A DNA stretch of 64,000 nt, from positions 19,785 to 83,784 of IMG/VR virus record IMGVR_UViG_3300020048_000083. One strand, written 5' to 3'. Origin of the DNA: a virus (Duplodnaviria > Caudoviricetes). Shown piece after piece: positions 60,080-64,000 of this stretch. Made by a program: the position numbers and the translations under genes. The notes below the pieces were generated by a model that was not told the origin of the DNA, did not search any database, and was given only the letters and a program-made list of their open reading frames with translations. Within the stretch, counting starts at the first letter, position 1; every line of letters starts with the position of its first letter.

Positions 60080-61750
60080 ATGAGGTGGACACAGAAATAC
60101 ATTAATTTTTTACTGGATGGCTCAGAGTATTACGACTTTGAATTAGCCACCGAAGGTACGGCTATGTATGGTATTTCACTATACGACGATGACGCGGTGA
60201 TTGATATCAACGTGTGCTCTGGTTTTACGTCCACTATTCGATGGTCTGGTGCCACTATGGAAGCGTTCACCTTGGACTTTATTACCACAACAGGATTGGA
60301 CAACTACTTTGTTGATATACCAAATGCGTACAGTGGTGGAACCATAGATACGAGGATCGCTGCCAATTATACCGACGACGAATACTTTGAATTTCACCCC
60401 GTATCTGGGTGGTCAACCAATATAAGTTATGAAATACTTCCGATATCAAACTGTGCCGTCAAATTAAACGGCGGATTCTACCAAGGATTCTTTAAATTAT
60501 ATGAGTACCCATATGAAATGATGCCTTCCCGTATGCGAAAAGGTTGGACAGTTGACATGATTGTGGGGTATCCTGACGGAAAGTCAGGAACAGGAACAAC
60601 ACTGAATGACTTATTTGCTAACAATGGCGGATTTATATTTTATTTGGGTACTCGCGGCGAAGATAAATACTGGAATGGTTTTACCACTGGAGCCACTGGC
60701 GAAGAAACTATTCTGTTCAATTGGTCTGGCTTAACGGTCACCGATCCGCGGTATTTACAGTATTACCAATTCGCCCCAACAAGCGCTGGTAAAACACCTT
60801 CGCTCGACCCACTGAACCCGTCATTTAACGACGGCAATGTGTACGGTGGATATACACTCGGATATTCTTATGGTCTTGGGACAACTTCCGAAGGTGAACC
60901 ATTAAACTATAGTCCATTATTCACTCAGGGTGATGAATTTGTTACCGTCCGCATAATCAATGGCGGAGTTAGTGGTGGTACAAGCGGTAAAACTACCTAT
61001 GAATCATACGATTACAAAGGTTATTATCATTACACGAACCATTTACCGTATGCTGAAAGATATTTCGACGATAATACTATTCCTTTATATGTAAAATACC
61101 CATGGAAAAGTATTACGGATAATGCGTTCGGGATTAGAATTCGCCCAGACGGTCATATTGGTTATAGGGTATTAAGAATCGGGAATGTATGCCAAACTGG
61201 TACTACGACAAATATTGACGGGTCAATAACAGGAACTACTACGCCGATTTATCAACTGGAAGAGTCGTATTCCGCCAGCCCGATATACACGGCTGGTGAC
61301 AATGGCAGCATTAACATCACAATAGTCTTTGAGCGCTACATAGAATTGAACGATTGCGAGCTTATCTATAATGATTATCGAAAGGGAACGCTTACAATTT
61401 ACGTTAACGCTAGACCAGTATTTCGCGAAGAAAATTTCGAAGAAATTATACCGCACGCTTTAGATAGACAAAAGGAGTTACAAAACGGAGTGCCGTTTAA
61501 TATTTCGTGGGGCGGCGGAACTCAGGGACTTTTGGAATCTGTTACCTTTGGCGGAATAGACGCACCAGACAGAAATTTACTTTTACAAAACTTTTTTGCT
61601 GGATCGTTTACTGGATCGCTGCAAACATTCAAAATGTACATACGCCCGCTACACGTGCCTCAAATAATTCACAACTTTGAGTTACGAAAAGCCCAGTATA
61701 ATATGCTTGGCGATTTTGGTGGCAGGTATATATTTATAACAAGAGCTTAA
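60080..61750 (+). CDS. Virion structural protein, possibly LamG-like, 556 aa
   Basis: Beta-rich; C-terminal GTLTIYVNARPVF...FNISWGGGTQGL...FTGSLQTFKMYIRPL resembles a LamG-type ending; 10 [ST]GxT motifs. Confidence 0.55.
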   Translation: MRWTQKYINFLLDGSEYYDFELATEGTAMYGISLYDDDAVIDINVCSGFTSTIRWSGATMEAFTLDFITTTGLDNYFVDIPNAYSGGTIDTRIAANYTDDEYFEFHPVSGWSTNISYEILPISNCAVKLNGGFYQGFFKLYEYPYEMMPSRMRKGWTVDMIVGYPDGKSGTGTTLNDLFANNGGFIFYLGTRGEDKYWNGFTTGATGEETILFNWSGLTVTDPRYLQYYQFAPTSAGKTPSLDPLNPSFNDGNVYGGYTLGYSYGLGTTSEGEPLNYSPLFTQGDEFVTVRIINGGVSGGTSGKTTYESYDYKGYYHYTNHLPYAERYFDDNTIPLYVKYPWKSITDNAFGIRIRPDGHIGYRVLRIGNVCQTGTTTNIDGSITGTTTPIYQLEESYSASPIYTAGDNGSINITIVFERYIELNDCELIYNDYRKGTLTIYVNARPVFREENFEEIIPHALDRQKELQNGVPFNISWGGGTQGLLESVTFGGIDAPDRNLLLQNFFAGSFTGSLQTFKMYIRPLHVPQIIHNFELRKAQYNMLGDFGGRYIFITRA

Positions 61751-61760
61751 ACGTAATACA

Positions 61761-62264
61761 ATGGGACGATATTCAACACTAAACGAGGATATTCAGCGGC
61801 TAAATAGCCTTGCTGGTATTAACACGACAACCGCTCCGTGCGGGTGCCAACAGCCCGAGGATGGCAAAGAAATAATCAAGTCCGCCAATATGGGGGAATC
61901 TACAGATCAGGATAAATACGAAGACGTAGTTTTCTTACAAGGTCAGGAAGCCGACGAACCGTTACAGATTTTACGCAACGAAGGTCAGGACGCAGCTTTG
62001 GAATATCTTAAATCGTGGCATATGCTTGGAAGTCATATGGGTAGCTCAAACTTAGGACATGGAAGCGACGACAAAACCTATGAAAAAGATGGTTATCATA
62101 TGGCTTGGAATAGCCGTATAGGGTACATAGGGTTGCAATATGATCTTAACTATGACCCAGATGTAAACAAAACAATAGGTCTAATGCAGCAGAGCGAAGA
62201 AAGGCACCAAGAACCGCCGCGTACCAAGTGGCAGGATTTTTACCAATCAAATAAACTAAGATAA
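61761..62264 (+). CDS. Hypothetical protein, possible head-internal protein, 167 aa
   Basis: N-terminal TLNEDIQRLNSLAGI; TATTTATA at 61731-61738. Confidence 0.6.
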   Translation: MGRYSTLNEDIQRLNSLAGINTTTAPCGCQQPEDGKEIIKSANMGESTDQDKYEDVVFLQGQEADEPLQILRNEGQDAALEYLKSWHMLGSHMGSSNLGHGSDDKTYEKDGYHMAWNSRIGYIGLQYDLNYDPDVNKTIGLMQQSEERHQEPPRTKWQDFYQSNKLR

Positions 62265-62269
62265 TTGAT

Positions 62270-62671
62270 ATGAACTTTTTCATTCGCAAAAATAGCCAAC
62301 TACCTATTCTGAAGATGAAGCTGGTAAAGGACGGCAGAAATGACTTCCGAAATATCTGGAATATGTTGGAAAATTCCGCGATCACCTTCTCTATGAAGAA
62401 TACTAAGAACGGCGTGTACAAAGTAGCGAACGCGTCGGGCAAACTCATATTAAAGCCAAATACTCTTGATATCGCTAATCACGAATATTACATTGGGTAC
62501 GAATTTCAGTTGTCAGACACAAACGAAGTTGGGGTATTCACAGGTGAGTTCAACATCAAATTCTTCGATATGGAAACAAATAACTCCGAAATTGGGGATT
62601 TAAAAGTCCCAATTAGCGAAGATTTATATATACACGTGATAGATAGTTTTACGCTTGCCACAGCCGTTTAA
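62270..62671 (+). CDS. BppU-N-like baseplate/adaptor domain protein, 133 aa
   Basis: FFIRKNSQLPILKMKL...AITFSM...IGYEFQLSDTNEVGVFTGEFNIKF...LKVP pattern. Confidence 0.6.
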   Translation: MNFFIRKNSQLPILKMKLVKDGRNDFRNIWNMLENSAITFSMKNTKNGVYKVANASGKLILKPNTLDIANHEYYIGYEFQLSDTNEVGVFTGEFNIKFFDMETNNSEIGDLKVPISEDLYIHVIDSFTLATAV

Positions 62672-62722
62672 GCTGATAACTTATCTATTGTTAGTTGTAT
62701 TTATAATAAATGTTCATACAGT

Positions 62723-64000
62723 ATGTCTAACGCTAATTTAATGTTCGCGCCTTCCAGTAGAATAAATTTACACCCGACGGCTGTATCGGGTGATATATAT
62801 AAATTATATTTGTTTGCGTCGTCTATCATTTTGGTGCTACCTAATTTACTATCTTTACGTGGATACATTAAAACTGATGGGTCGGCTTGGGGGTGGGGGT
62901 ATAATAATCATGGGCAGTTAGGGGATAATTCCATAGTTAACAAGTCAACCCCAGTTGCCGTGTACGGATCAAAAACATTCTGTCAAATATCGGCAGGGTA
63001 TGCCCACTCTTTAGCTGTCGATAAGAACGGTCAAGCTTGGGGATGGGGGTATAATCAATATGGGCAGTTAGGGGATAATTCGCTGCTAATAAGCCAACTA
63101 ACCCCCGTTGCAGTATATGGATCAAAAACATTCTGCCAAATATCTGGCGGTCAATCTCATTCCTTAGCTCTGGATTATAATGGAAAGGTTTGGGGGTGGG
63201 GATATAATAACGTTGGGCAGTTAGGGGATAATTCGGTAACAAATAGATCAACCCCAGTTGCAGTTTGCGGAAATCACACATTCTGTCAAATATCGGATGG
63301 GTATTTTTACGCCCTAGCCCTAGATTATAATGGAAAAGCTTGGAGCTGGGGATATAATTATTATGGTCAGTTAGGGGATAATTCGTTAATAAACCAATCA
63401 ACCCCAGTTGCAGTGTGCGGCACACACACATTCTGTAAAATAACAGCAGGTAATTATCATTCCTTAGCCCTAGATAAAAATGGAAAGGCTTGGGGCTGGG
63501 GGTATAATTATTTTGGTCAGTTAGGGGATAATACTAATATAGGTCAATCAACCCCAGTTGCCGTTCAAGGTGCAACAAAAACGTTTTGCCAAATATCTCG
63601 TGGCGATGCCCATTCCTTAGCCCTCGATTATAACGGAAAGGCTTGGGGTTGGGGATATAATAATTATGGTCAGCTAGGAGATAATTCTCAAATAGCTCAA
63701 TCAACCCCAGTTGCCGTGTGCGGCACACACACATTCTGTCAAATATCTGGCAGAACTCCAGTTGCCGTTCAAGGTGCAACAAAAACATTCTGCCAAATAT
63801 CGGGCAATTATTACCAATCCTTAGCCCTAGATTATAACGGAAAAGCTTGGGGGTGGGGGTATAATTATTTTGGTCAGTTAGGGGATAATTCGGTAACAAG
63901 CCGCAGAACCCCAGTTGCCGTGTGCGGCACACACACATTCTGTCAAATATCTGGGGGTACATTTCATTCTTTAGCCATTGATAAAAATGGTCAGGCTTGG
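62723..64000 (+). CDS. RCC1-repeat beta-propeller protein, partial (runs off window end)
   Basis: Not in ORF track. ATG 62723, 17 nt after TATTTATA (62698-62705); open for 426 codons: MSNANLMFAPSSRINLHPTAVSGDIYKLYL...GSAWGWGYNNHGQLGDNSIVNKSTPVAV... Confidence 0.92.
   Translation, partial: MSNANLMFAPSSRINLHPTAVSGDIYKLYLFASSIILVLPNLLSLRGYIKTDGSAWGWGYNNHGQLGDNSIVNKSTPVAVYGSKTFCQISAGYAHSLAVDKNGQAWGWGYNQYGQLGDNSLLISQLTPVAVYGSKTFCQISGGQSHSLALDYNGKVWGWGYNNVGQLGDNSVTNRSTPVAVCGNHTFCQISDGYFYALALDYNGKAWSWGYNYYGQLGDNSLINQSTPVAVCGTHTFCKITAGNYHSLALDKNGKAWGWGYNYFGQLGDNTNIGQSTPVAVQGATKTFCQISRGDAHSLALDYNGKAWGWGYNNYGQLGDNSQIAQSTPVAVCGTHTFCQISGRTPVAVQGATKTFCQISGNYYQSLALDYNGKAWGWGYNYFGQLGDNSVTSRRTPVAVCGTHTFCQISGGTFHSLAIDKNGQAW
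62879..64000 (+). repeat. Tandem ~150-153 bp coding repeats (RCC1 blades)
   Basis: Seven G-x-AWGWGYNxxGQLGDN units, the start of an eighth and one 54-bp partial unit. Confidence 0.92.

Noticed and set aside
62937-63962. Minus-strand ORFs of 164 and 142 aa in the track
   Set aside because: Antisense shadows of the plus-strand RCC1 gene.
62879-64000. CRISPR array or DGR variable region
   Set aside because: Units are ~150-bp in-frame coding repeats. Differences include many synonymous non-adenine changes (GGG/GGA/GGC/GGT), and no reverse transcriptase or template repeat is in the window. A DGR elsewhere is not excluded.
1-64000. Stop-codon reassignment, as in some jumbo phages
   Set aside because: Genes up to 1990 aa are intact in the standard code with tight packing, and TAA, TGA and TAG all occur as ORF ends.

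Overview
64 kb from a large T4-like (contractile-tailed) dsDNA phage, standard genetic code, probably infecting Bacteroidota (inferred from the class II RNR type, a FISUMP domain and a TTTG-N19-TAnnTTTG promoter). Bases 1-53206 are one long minus-strand block: neck/tail completion, sheath, tube, assembly chaperones, tape measure and baseplate hub, then an embedded replication/recombination cluster (gp32-like SSB, HNH, RecA/UvsX, 5'-3' exonuclease, DnaB-like helicase, NrdJ), then baseplate wedge and outer virion proteins. The right end holds an SNF2 helicase, a gp13-like neck protein, fibre/decoration proteins and an RCC1-repeat gene that runs off the window and is missing from the ORF track. 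Main leads: (1) an [S/T]-G-x-T tetrapeptide strongly enriched in putative outer virion proteins and nearly absent from enzymes, tape measure and hub proteins, a candidate modification/glycosylation sequon; (2) three unrelated passenger domains sharing an N-terminal R-x9-G-x3-KLY[FL] peptide, a candidate docking module; (3) a probable +1/-2 frameshift joining gp26-like and gp51-like ORFs; (4) a late-promoter candidate TATTTATA, the reverse complement of the T4 box; (5) hairpins abutting the starts of both free-standing endonuclease genes; (6) a circularly permuted FISUMP domain with an insertion. All product calls are from motif recognition by eye and gene order, not database searches.
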